A stretch of DNA of 42,089 nt, from the sequence record DRR723986_5222; one strand, given 5' to 3'. Positions 1 to 8,697 of the stretch are shown piece after piece. The notes beneath the pieces were generated by a model. That model was given only the letters and a program-made list of their open reading frames with translations, was not told where the DNA came from and made no database searches. A program made the position numbers and the translations under genes. The first letter of the stretch is position 1; the number at the start of each line of letters is the position of its first letter.

Positions 1-28
1 GTAGGTTCAAATCCTACTCCCGCAACCA
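1..28 (+). tRNA. 3' end of a tRNA, probably initiator tRNA-fMet (5' part outside the window)
   Basis: GTAGG-TTCAAAT-CCTAC is a perfect T-arm. It is followed by acceptor strand TCCCGCA, discriminator A and an encoded CCA. The ending ...CCCGCAACCA is typical of bacterial tRNA-fMet. The anticodon is not visible. Confidence 0.75.
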
Positions 29-349
29 ATAAACAAGCAAGATCAGCAACTAAGCCGGACAGTCGTTAATTCGACAACTCCGCTGCATGTTGGCGCATCC
101 GTGTTTTAGACCCCGTAAATACAAAAAATACGCGTGAGAATACGAGACCAAATTTACACATCAAAAAACCTATAGCTTGTGCCGAGGTCTCGTCGAGGGA
201 GGATCGGCGCAGTTTGATGCAATAGACCGGGCTCGTGCAAGCGAAGGATAGCTCCGGTGGCCTATTTTAAACTTCTGCTTAACTTCCCTTCGAGGATGTA
301 TGATAACATTAAGTTATTTCCTTAGGGTTATATTGGTGGTGCGAGGAAA

Positions 350-886
350 GTGAAGACCACATATCAAGCGTCAAAGTTCAAACACGCCCTGATAATATGG
401 GGCATTTACTTGCCTATGGCCAGCTATGTTATCCACGTCGTTCTTGGGCTTGCTATCTTTCCAATTCCTCTCCTTGAAGATTATTATTTAGATGTTTTGA
501 AGGGTGTTCCGTTAAAGGGCGCCACAATAGAGTTTTTGAGTTTCATTTCTTTTCAAATTTTCGTTGCTGTGATTTGTTTGATTTTGGTGTTTGTTCGTCA
601 AGCTCTCTGGATTATTAGATGTTGGCCGTATGCTAAGATTGATTACTATTTGTTGTTAATCGCTGCTGTTGCAGCATTATTCTGTGTTTCTATTTTTGGC
701 CCTTTAAGCCCAGAAATTTACACAGAGGGCGGGCCACGGCTGAGAGGTCTGCCAATTTGGCTGACTGCGTTTTTTATAACAATGACTTCAGGCGTGACAG
801 TTGGATTTATTGGTCTTCTCTTGTTTGATCCGAAGAATGCTAACGAAAATCATAAACTGTATCGCGCGAAAAAGAGGGGTGTTTGA
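350..886 (+). CDS. Hypothetical integral membrane protein (about 4 hydrophobic segments), AT-rich
   Basis: 178-aa ORF with a GTG start preceded by GAGGA. Alternating hydrophobic stretches and a basic C-terminus. Visibly more AT-rich than the rest of the window. No family recognised. Confidence 0.6.
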   Translation: MKTTYQASKFKHALIIWGIYLPMASYVIHVVLGLAIFPIPLLEDYYLDVLKGVPLKGATIEFLSFISFQIFVAVICLILVFVRQALWIIRCWPYAKIDYYLLLIAAVAALFCVSIFGPLSPEIYTEGGPRLRGLPIWLTAFFITMTSGVTVGFIGLLLFDPKNANENHKLYRAKKRGV

Positions 887-1144
887 TGCCTGCAAATAGA
901 CCTGTTCCTGGGGTTTTGCTGCAGTGATAGTGAGCGAAGTTTATAATTGTTTTGGCTCAGAGAGCATAACGCGGAAATTTGCAGAAACTTTCGTATGAAT
1001 TTGGATGGAAATATACATCATACTACCCCGCGATATGCCGCCAGACCTGCCCGCCTTCACTTCTCTTTTCGCAAGAAACGGGTCGCCAGACCATAGGGCA
1101 TGTGATCTTCTCTAAGAAACGAATGTCTTGAGGAATGTTTTAAT

Positions 1145-2062
1145 ATGGCAACGCCCGCTTCTTCCTCGATGGATTTTGGAGCCACAGTTATGCTGTTGGC
1201 TCTAGCTGCAGTGTGGGGCGGTTCGTTTTTCTTTGCAGAGGTGGCTTTGAGAGAGGTTCCACCGCTGACAATCACGCTGCACAGGGTGTTTTGGGCACTG
1301 CCGATCTTGGGACTTATCGTCATTTTGAAAGGCATTCCCATACCCCGAAACGCAAAAGTCTGGGGATCCTATCTTGTGATGGGCGCGCTTAACAATGTGA
1401 TCCCGTTTTCGTTGATCTTCTGGGGGCAGACTCAAATCGAAAGCGGTTTGGCGTCCATCTTAAATGGCACCACAGCAATGTTTGGGGCGGTTGTTGCCGG
1501 TATTTTGCTGTTGGATGAACCTTTAACCGCCAAGAAAATTATCGGAGCGGCATTAGGTGTCTTGGGCGTGGCGTTTATCATGGGACCAGGGGTGTTGACG
1601 GATTTCAACCCCAGCAATCTTGCACAGTTGGCGGTTCTTGGGGCGGCGCTGTCTTATGCTTTTGCCAGTGTGTGGGGAAAGCTCAGGCTTGGTGCACAGC
1701 CACCGCTTATGAATGCGTTTGGAATGGTGGCCGGCAGCACCGTTCTGATGATCCCCATGGTGTTTATCTTTGATGGCCCTCCGAGGTTCGATCTTTCTGT
1801 CCCTGTGTGGGGATCGCTGTTCGGGATTGCGGCTCTGTCGACGTCACTAGCCTATTTCCTCTATTTCGCCATTCTTGCGCGTGCCGGTGCAGCGAATTTG
1901 ATGTTGGTCACGTTATTGATCCCGCCGTTTGCCATCGGACTAGGGGTGCTGTTCTTAGGTGAACGGATGGGAACCGAGGCCTTAGTTGGCTTTGCGATCA
2001 TCGCTTTGGGGTTTGCAGTGACCGACGGGCGTCTGTTTGCGCGGAAGACTGCGGTGAAATAG
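1145..2062 (+). CDS. DMT/EamA family transporter
   Basis: 305 aa with about 10 TM segments in two repeats. Motifs LAAVWGGSFF, NNVIPFSLIFWGQ and LGVLFLGE. Confidence 0.9.
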   Translation: MATPASSSMDFGATVMLLALAAVWGGSFFFAEVALREVPPLTITLHRVFWALPILGLIVILKGIPIPRNAKVWGSYLVMGALNNVIPFSLIFWGQTQIESGLASILNGTTAMFGAVVAGILLLDEPLTAKKIIGAALGVLGVAFIMGPGVLTDFNPSNLAQLAVLGAALSYAFASVWGKLRLGAQPPLMNAFGMVAGSTVLMIPMVFIFDGPPRFDLSVPVWGSLFGIAALSTSLAYFLYFAILARAGAANLMLVTLLIPPFAIGLGVLFLGERMGTEALVGFAIIALGFAVTDGRLFARKTAVK

Positions 2063-2138
2063 TTCTCTGGAGCAGCGCAAGTGCAATTTGCACTACATTA
2101 CAACATAATACAGATTATCGTAGATACAGCTTCATTTG

Positions 2139-2178
2139 AACCGCGTCCTTTGTTCACAGCGGGACAAAGGACGCGGTT
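2139..2178. terminator. Hairpin between convergent genes, likely bidirectional terminator
   Basis: Perfect 15-bp inverted repeat AACCGCGTCCTTTGT / ACAAAGGACGCGGTT, 2 bp from the stop codon of the minus-strand hydrolase. Confidence 0.75.
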
Positions 2179-2180
2179 TA

Positions 2181-3029
2181 CTAGGCCGACAATAGATCGA
2201 TTTTATAATCGTCCAACCTATCTTTCAGGAACGTATAGTCCCGCCGTGCGGTTTCCAATGCCTCCCGGTTCACTGTAAGGGATCGGAACTCTTCTGCGGT
2301 TTCTTCAAACGCAATCGGGGGGGTGTTTTCGTCCTGCCAGGGCAAGCAGAACAGCGAATTCCCGTAAGTTGCACCAGCGCGGTTCAGGGAGAGAAAGAAC
2401 ACTTGGTTTTCTAGAGCACGAGCAATCGCAAATGGGTGCCAGGTGTGAAAAGATTCATCGCGATAATACGCGCCACAATGCAAGATCACATCGACACCAT
2501 GATCCACCACCAAGGTGCGCGCCAATTCCGGAATGCGTATGTCGTAACAGATGATCGGTGACAGGCGGAACCCGTTGACCGTAAAGGTGAACAGGTGATT
2601 GCCGCGGTTGAAGTATTCCTTTTCCATCGATGCGCCATATTGCGCTAGATGCAGTTTGTCGTAATGCCCAACCAAGGCCCCATCGGGCCCGACAACGCCG
2701 ATCGAGATAAATGGCCCGCCTGAGCCAGCGCGTGGAAAACTGTAAGAAACAAACACACCCAGGTCCACAGCGACTCGTCGCCATGCCTGAAACGAAGGGC
2801 CATCCAATGGCTCTGCGAGCGTGCTCAGTTCGGCAAAGGTTTCACGCGCATAGTCGATGCTAGACAACTCAGGCAGTACCACCAAATCCACCGGCGTTTC
2901 AGATTGCGCCACCTTTTGGCGCACTTTGGTTGCAGACACCTTTAGATGCGCATCTCGCTGGGCAGCCGTTGTCATCGGCGGAATGCTGATCTGGCAGGCC
3001 AGAATGGTCAGGGTGTCGTTGGCGGTCAT
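2181..3029 (-). CDS. Carbon-nitrogen hydrolase (nitrilase superfamily amidase)
   Basis: Glu-Lys-Cys triad motifs VVLPEL, YDKLHL and IICYDIRIPE, plus ARALENQ. Confidence 0.9.
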   Translation of the reverse strand: MTANDTLTILACQISIPPMTTAAQRDAHLKVSATKVRQKVAQSETPVDLVVLPELSSIDYARETFAELSTLAEPLDGPSFQAWRRVAVDLGVFVSYSFPRAGSGGPFISIGVVGPDGALVGHYDKLHLAQYGASMEKEYFNRGNHLFTFTVNGFRLSPIICYDIRIPELARTLVVDHGVDVILHCGAYYRDESFHTWHPFAIARALENQVFFLSLNRAGATYGNSLFCLPWQDENTPPIAFEETAEEFRSLTVNREALETARRDYTFLKDRLDDYKIDLLSA

Positions 3030-3032
3030 GGT

Positions 3033-3941
3033 TTAGGCTTTCTTATTTTTCCAATATTCGTTCATGCGCAGGCGATCCGCTTCGATCCGTTCGATCCGGG
3101 CAACTGCCTCGCTGGACTGGCCGATCGTAAAGAACCCAATCAACGCCTCGATCAACACCGTGCTGCCCACATAGGATTCAAAAAACAACGGACTGCGGTT
3201 GGGGCTGAGCAGCACATAATCGGCATGCATAGCGATTGGCGCCGCCGGGCTATCCGTCAGGGCGACAACCTTGGCTCCGCGCTCGCGCGCAATCATAGCA
3301 AGCTCGATGGAGGCGCGGGCACAGGGTTGCTGGCTGATGGTGATCATCGCATCGCCTTCGCCAATATCCGCAATCGGGTCGGCAAAAACACCACCCTCGC
3401 CACGAACCAACCGGAATTTGTTGCTCGCCATGCCTCCGATGTAATGCGCATAGCCCGAAAAGCTGGCCGAAGCCTGCATGCCGGCGATATAGATCTGATT
3501 GCTGTCATTCAGCACCTTGGCCACCAAGGCAAAGTAGTCCGGATCGATGGCATCGAAAATTGCTGTCAAATTACCCAGCGTTGATTGGCGAAACTCATCC
3601 CACAAACGCGCGGCGCCGATGTCGCTGCCTGCTTGTTGCAGGTTTTCGGCGCGCAAGTGGTATTCGCTGATGTCGTTTTGCTGCACCTGCTTGCGGTAGA
3701 TCTCGCGCAGCTCGCCATAGGTTTCAAACCCCAACGCCTTAGCTATTCGGGAAAAGTTGGGCAACGACACCCCCGCATTCGACGCCACTTGCCGCATCGA
3801 CAGGGTCGCGATATCACCGGGATGTTCCAGCATGTAGGTCGCCGCAATCTTCAACGCGCGGGGCAGCTCTGGGAACAGCTCTTTCAGGCGCTCGCTGGTT
3901 TGAAGATAGTCGTTCATGTCGGGTGACATTTCCTTTGGCAT
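3033..3941 (-). CDS. MurR/RpiR family transcriptional regulator (HTH + SIS domain)
   Basis: N-terminal HTH (LSMRQVASNAGVSLPNFSRIAKALGF) and SIS domain (GAKVVALTDSPAAPIAMHAD). The start could be 3929 or 3917. Confidence 0.88.
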   Translation of the reverse strand: MPKEMSPDMNDYLQTSERLKELFPELPRALKIAATYMLEHPGDIATLSMRQVASNAGVSLPNFSRIAKALGFETYGELREIYRKQVQQNDISEYHLRAENLQQAGSDIGAARLWDEFRQSTLGNLTAIFDAIDPDYFALVAKVLNDSNQIYIAGMQASASFSGYAHYIGGMASNKFRLVRGEGGVFADPIADIGEGDAMITISQQPCARASIELAMIARERGAKVVALTDSPAAPIAMHADYVLLSPNRSPLFFESYVGSTVLIEALIGFFTIGQSSEAVARIERIEADRLRMNEYWKNKKA

Positions 3942-4003
3942 TCTGGCTACGCTCCGTCCCTGTCTTGGACGTCAGTTAGAGCATTTGTTTCACAACAACG
4001 CAC

Positions 4004-4022
4004 GAAGTATTGCATTTGCAAT
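4004..4022. promoter_or_regulatory. Candidate RpiR operator upstream of the rpiR-family gene
   Basis: GAAGTATTGCATTTGCAAT overlaps the palindrome TATTGCA-TT-TGCAATA (4008-4023). It is 16/19 identical to 7139-7157. Confidence 0.5.
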
Positions 4023-4092
4023 ATCTTTGCCCATTTGGGGCTTTCGGGCAGCGGGGGGAGAAAGTACCACCGCCCGAAAGCTCTGCTTGCAC

Positions 4093-5385
4093 CTATCGGC
4101 TCAGCAGCAACTCGGGCAGCCATAGCGACAACTGCGGAATGAACGTGGTCAACGCAAGTGTCGGCAGCCAGGCGAAAAAGATGAACATCAAGGTAGGCCC
4201 AAGCATCTTGCTGACCGGCGTTTCTGTGACCTGCGCGCCAAGATACAACAGCGGCGCAGTGGGTGGAGTCACATTGGCCATGCCCAGATTAACGCCCAGG
4301 ATCGCCGCAAAGTGGATCGGGTCGACCCCGATGCTTTGCACGATGGGCAGTAACAGCGGTGTCGACAGCAACAGGCCAGAGATATCATCCATCAACATCC
4401 CAATGAGGATCATCACCAGATTGACCATCAACAAGATCACAATCGGGTTTTCAGAGACGGAAAACACCATTTCACGTGCGATTGTGGGGATGTCTTCAAA
4501 AATCAGAAAACGGCTGACGATCAGCACCATAAAGATCATCGTCATCACGATCCCGATGGTGACGCCTGCCCCTGTCAGAGTCTCCATCAACCCGCGCCAC
4601 GTCAGCCCGCGATAGACATAGATCGCAATCGGGATCGAATAGACCACCGCAACCCCGGCGGCCTCGGTTGGCGTCATGATACCACCATAGATGCCCCCCA
4701 GAATGATCAACGGCATGATCAACGCGGGCATCGCCTGACGCGATTGCAGTTTGAATTGGGGTACGAAATCCGCAGGGCGGTCGGTGACTTTGATGTCTTT
4801 GTGTTTGCGCAGAGCTACTTGGGTGGTCACGATCAACAGAACGATCAGGATAATGCCGGGGATGACGGTCGACAGAAACGCCTTGAGCACGGATTGCTGC
4901 GCCACCCAGGCATAAAGGATGTGGGATGAACTGGGCGGGATCAACAGACCCAGCGGACTGGCACTTACGATCAAGGCGGCCGACAATCCCTGAGGATAAT
5001 TCGCCTTACGCAGATGGGGCATCATGATGCCGCCAATGCAGGTCAGCGTGGCATTGGCACTGCCCGAGATCGACCCAAAGATGCCGCTGGCTATAACCGC
5101 CGCTGCGGTCATGCCGCCTTTGATGTGACCAATGAACAGTTCGGCCAGCGCAACCAACGGCGCAGCTATCTTGCCCTTTTCCATGATCGCGCCTGCAATC
5201 ATGAACAACGGGATCGCCAGCAACACCAGTGTGTTCATTTTCCAATACCCAGCGGGCAGATATCCGGTGATATCGTAGCCCCCGGTATAAGCCAGAAACA
5301 ACAGAACCGCGCCAAAGGCGATATAAACGCTAACCCCGGCCAACAGCAGGCCGCAAATGATCGCGATGCTTCCAAAGATGATCAT
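4093..5385 (-). CDS. dctM: TRAP transporter large permease
   Basis: 430 aa, highly hydrophobic. Motifs LLAIPLFMIAG, GIMTPTEAA, GVDPIHFA and TPP. Overlaps dctQ by ATGA. Confidence 0.93.
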   Translation of the reverse strand: MIIFGSIAIICGLLLAGVSVYIAFGAVLLFLAYTGGYDITGYLPAGYWKMNTLVLLAIPLFMIAGAIMEKGKIAAPLVALAELFIGHIKGGMTAAAVIASGIFGSISGSANATLTCIGGIMMPHLRKANYPQGLSAALIVSASPLGLLIPPSSSHILYAWVAQQSVLKAFLSTVIPGIILIVLLIVTTQVALRKHKDIKVTDRPADFVPQFKLQSRQAMPALIMPLIILGGIYGGIMTPTEAAGVAVVYSIPIAIYVYRGLTWRGLMETLTGAGVTIGIVMTMIFMVLIVSRFLIFEDIPTIAREMVFSVSENPIVILLMVNLVMILIGMLMDDISGLLLSTPLLLPIVQSIGVDPIHFAAILGVNLGMANVTPPTAPLLYLGAQVTETPVSKMLGPTLMFIFFAWLPTLALTTFIPQLSLWLPELLLSR

Positions 5386-5927
5386 GCATCTGACTCCGAT
5401 GGGCTAGGGTGTGGGCCGTCAATGATGTGCAGGGCCAGATAAATCGCGGTGAACAAATTCATGAACACAAAGCCGGTCAGGATCGCAATACGGGGGAACA
5501 CCGCCGGAATTTGCAACGCGGTTGTGCGTTCCCATAGCGGATAAGCAAGGAATTCGGATTCCACCGCCAGATAACACCAGTAGACAATGTAGGCGCCGAT
5601 CACCAACTCGATCAGGTAAACGATCAAGCCCCGCCACCAGATCAATTTGGGGTTCTTTAGAATGACACCCAGAATATCAGCATTCACATGGCTTTTGCGT
5701 TCAGCCGCCAGAGCTGCGCCCAGAAAGAAGGTCCAAAAGCTGATGGCCAACAGCCATTCTTCGTAAGCGAACAGGTTCCCGGAAAAGCCATAGCGGATGA
5801 TCACAACCGCCATAAAAGTCAGCGCCATCAGCAATCCGCCAAAGGCGACAAAGATCCGCATAAATTTCAAAACTCCGCGCAGAGGCACAGCCGCCGCTCT
5901 TGGTAGCCTGTCGGTTATCTCACTCAT
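5382..5927 (-). CDS. dctQ: TRAP transporter small permease
   Basis: 4 TM segments with the YEEW...HVNADIL pattern. Start set at ATG 5927, downstream of an AAGGGGG RBS. Lies between dctP and dctM. Confidence 0.88.
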   Translation of the reverse strand: MSEITDRLPRAAAVPLRGVLKFMRIFVAFGGLLMALTFMAVVIIRYGFSGNLFAYEEWLLAISFWTFFLGAALAAERKSHVNADILGVILKNPKLIWWRGLIVYLIELVIGAYIVYWCYLAVESEFLAYPLWERTTALQIPAVFPRIAILTGFVFMNLFTAIYLALHIIDGPHPSPSESDA

Positions 5928-5952
5928 GCGTTGCCCCCTTTTGGATTGTGGG

Positions 5953-5981
5953 TTGGCCAGCGATTTTGCACCGCCGGCCAA
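5953..5981 (-). other. Intercistronic stem-loop downstream of dctP
   Basis: Minus strand reads TTGGCCGGCG-gtgcaaaat-CGCTGGCCAA, a 10-bp stem with one G-U pair and no U-tract. Confidence 0.5.
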
Positions 5982-5988
5982 ACAGGTC

Positions 5989-7002
5989 TTAGTTTTCAGT
6001 CAGACGGTCCAGCGTATCCTGACCAATCGTATCAACCATAGTTGGCCAGATGTTTTCACGCACCCACGCAGCCATTGCGGCCTGTTGGTCAGCGTTCAGA
6101 GCCAGGATTTCGTATCCTTTTTCCTCAAGCTTCTTACCGAATTCCGCGTCATTCGCTCGGTTGTAGGCAAAGAAGTCATCCGATGCTTTGGTGAACGCGG
6201 CCTGCACAACATCCTTTTGCGCTTCGTCCAATTTCGCCCATGTCTTTTCGGATGCGTAATACGAGGTCAGCTCGGAAACCGAGTTGTATTGAACATAGTA
6301 TTTGCCCACATCAGACTGCGCAAAAATCGAATAGGTGGCGGATTTGGTGCAACAAATCGCGCCGTCTACAATACCCGATTGCAGCGCAGGAAAGATGTCA
6401 CCCCAAGCCATTGTTGTCGCTTGGAACCCCAGACCTTCGACCATGTTTTTGACAACGGGGGATGACCAGACCCGGATATTCATGTTTTTGGGGCCACGTT
6501 CGGCCCAGTTGTCGGGCTTTTTGTTGGCGACGATGCCGGTGAACCCTTCGGGGTTGTTGGCGAGCAGACGCAAGCCCAAACCATTCAGGCGTTCCTGCAG
6601 GATCTGGTTGAATGCACTGTCCATGTTGCGCATGACGCTGTCCATTTCGTCAAAGTTATTGACGAGGAACGGCATCGACAGGAACTCAAGGCGCGGGTCT
6701 TTGTGGGAATAGACAAAGGCCGCGGTGAAATCGATGTTACCGCGAATGGTGTCTTCCATTAGCGCCTCACCCGACCCCAGCTGGTTGGCTGGGAATAGCG
6801 ACATTTTCAGGCCCACATTCGCGGCTTCGATGTCTGCTTTGATCTGCTCCATCATTTTGGTGCCGGGGTGATCCACCGGGAATGTCCCCGCAAATTTCAA
6901 CCGCATGTCCGCCGCCGAGGCAAACGTCGCAACTGACAAGGCCATGACGCCCGCCAGACCGATACGGCCCAGGGTTTTTCCGAATTTCCGTGAATTGAGC
7001 AT
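5989..7002 (-). CDS. dctP: TRAP transporter substrate-binding protein
   Basis: Signal peptide ending ASA. DctP motifs FPANQLG, NIRV and DIFPALQSGIVDG. GGAGG RBS. Confidence 0.92.
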   Translation of the reverse strand: MLNSRKFGKTLGRIGLAGVMALSVATFASAADMRLKFAGTFPVDHPGTKMMEQIKADIEAANVGLKMSLFPANQLGSGEALMEDTIRGNIDFTAAFVYSHKDPRLEFLSMPFLVNNFDEMDSVMRNMDSAFNQILQERLNGLGLRLLANNPEGFTGIVANKKPDNWAERGPKNMNIRVWSSPVVKNMVEGLGFQATTMAWGDIFPALQSGIVDGAICCTKSATYSIFAQSDVGKYYVQYNSVSELTSYYASEKTWAKLDEAQKDVVQAAFTKASDDFFAYNRANDAEFGKKLEEKGYEILALNADQQAAMAAWVRENIWPTMVDTIGQDTLDRLTEN

Positions 7003-7138
7003 GATGTCCTCCCTCGCTCAGTGCCCCTGTAAACAGGAGCAGATGCATCTTGTGATGCATGTCGAAACTGCGCCCCGGTGCTAAGCACGCCCTGTTCAAG
7101 GCCCCGACCAGCAGCAGGTTGGCGATACGTTACGGCAG

Positions 7139-7157
7139 GAAATATTACGTTTGCAAT
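7139..7157. promoter_or_regulatory. Candidate RpiR operator overlapping a possible dctP promoter
   Basis: GAAATATTACGTTTGCAAT is 16/19 identical to 4004-4022. On the minus strand, TTGCAA (7156-7151), an 18-bp spacer and TAACGT (7132-7127) resemble a sigma70 promoter. Confidence 0.5.
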
Positions 7158-7217
7158 CTATTTATTATTTTTTGTTACATTTGATAAATCTCAAGCAACA
7201 ACATCACTTCGAACACA

Positions 7218-7257
7218 CACAAAAGGCAGCGCCGGTTGCCCGGTGCTGCCTTTTGTG
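7218..7257. terminator. Rho-independent terminator downstream of the FAD oxidoreductase genes
   Basis: CACAAAAGGCAGCGCCGG-ttgc-CCGGTGCTGCCTTTTGTG, a long stem flanked by A and T runs. Confidence 0.75.
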
Positions 7258-7301
7258 ATTCATGAAACAAGATCAGAAGGTTGCGACTTAATCGGCGGCC
7301 T

Positions 7302-8636
7302 TCACAGTTGGTCTTTGAACCGATACCACGCAAAGGCAGGCGGCAATGACGCGCGACGCCACCGGCCCAGCTCAAACCGCCGCAATGGCTTTTGCAGCAG
7401 CTTTGCATGTGGTCGTTTTGTCCGCCCAAGGGCCAAATCAGCAATCAAAGCCCCGGCGTAATTCGCCATCGTAACTCCGCCGCCATGGTATCCCAATGCC
7501 GCAAACGCGCCCTCAGTTCCGGGCAAAGCACCTGCAAATGGGACCAGATTACGGGTCATGCAAATCAAACCCGACCAGAAAAACGGGGTTTCAACATGCT
7601 GCCAGGCCGGGAACATCCGGTCGAAATCGGCCCGCGCAACGGCACGGGTGCGGGCGATGTTGTCTTCGGTAACCCGCACGGAACCTCGCAGCCCCAACAG
7701 CATCCGCCGGTCTGGTAGCAACCTAAAATAATGCAGCAAGGTGCGGGAATCGACGATCATCTGATCGCTCCACCATCCCTGCGTCTGAATCTCGTCATCC
7801 GTCAGGGGGCGCGACACCAGAATGTTAGACTGCACCGGCAGATACCGCCCTGCCAAAGCCGGGGGCAGATCATCGCTTGAATACCCGTTGGTGGCAATCA
7901 GCAGCTTTTTGGCCTGCACCTGCCCGGTGGGTGTTGTCAGGGTAAAGCCACCGTTGGATGAAATGTCTGTCACCGGAGTGTTTGAATACATCCGCACACC
8001 TGCGGCCTCGGCTGCGCCAGTCAGGCCCAAAACGAACTTCATCGGGTTCAGCGCAAACCCGATCGGCAGGTTCACCGCCGCGTGGAAATCCGGGCTATTC
8101 AGACCCTGTGCTGCCATGTCATCTTTGGCAATAAACTCATACGGAAGCCCATAACGCGATGTGTAAGACGCCCCATAGTCTTTGATCCCGGCAATCGCCG
8201 AAGCAGAATGCGCAACAAACGTATACCCGCGCGAGTGCCGATCCACGTCCAGCCCATAGGTTTCAAGATACTCTTCAACCAACTCGACCGAGGCCCGATC
8301 CCCATCAAACAGGGTCTGCGCATCCTCGGCACCGTATTTTCGAATGATCTCGCTATCATCAATCTTGCACGCCCCGGCAGAGACCAATCCGCCGTTGCGA
8401 CCAGAGGCGCCCCACCCCGGGATCTTGGCATCAACCAGAACCACATCAGCGCCCGCTTCGACGAGATTGAGCGCTGCAGACAGCCCGGTATAACCGCCAC
8501 CGATAATGGCAAAATCACAGGTCACCGACTCTGTCAGGGCGTCATAGACAGGTCGGTCCTTGGACACTGTTGTTGGCCAAAACCCATCCTGCAATGGGCG
8601 ATCGCCATAGGCCAAGGATTCATAAATTCGTTTCAT
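7302..8636 (-). CDS. FAD-dependent amine/amino-acid oxidoreductase (DAO/PuuB-like family)
   Basis: Rossmann motif IIGGGYTGLSAA, plus GWGASGRNGG, LLIATNGY and GYHGGGV. Confidence 0.88.
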   Translation of the reverse strand: MKRIYESLAYGDRPLQDGFWPTTVSKDRPVYDALTESVTCDFAIIGGGYTGLSAALNLVEAGADVVLVDAKIPGWGASGRNGGLVSAGACKIDDSEIIRKYGAEDAQTLFDGDRASVELVEEYLETYGLDVDRHSRGYTFVAHSASAIAGIKDYGASYTSRYGLPYEFIAKDDMAAQGLNSPDFHAAVNLPIGFALNPMKFVLGLTGAAEAAGVRMYSNTPVTDISSNGGFTLTTPTGQVQAKKLLIATNGYSSDDLPPALAGRYLPVQSNILVSRPLTDDEIQTQGWWSDQMIVDSRTLLHYFRLLPDRRMLLGLRGSVRVTEDNIARTRAVARADFDRMFPAWQHVETPFFWSGLICMTRNLVPFAGALPGTEGAFAALGYHGGGVTMANYAGALIADLALGRTKRPHAKLLQKPLRRFELGRWRRASLPPAFAWYRFKDQL

Positions 8637-8697
8637 ATTCCCGTCCTTTTGAGCCGCTTAGACCCTAAGACCGGTTGGATTGACCAACCCTCATCCC

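Noticed and set aside
29-1144. Prophage or integrative element inserted at the tRNA
   Set aside because: No integrase, transposase, terminal repeats or duplicated att site were seen. Only the compositional anomaly is supported.
7302-8636. puuB (gamma-glutamylputrescine oxidase)
   Set aside because: Only family-level similarity is supported. No glutamylation enzyme or polyamine transporter is adjacent.
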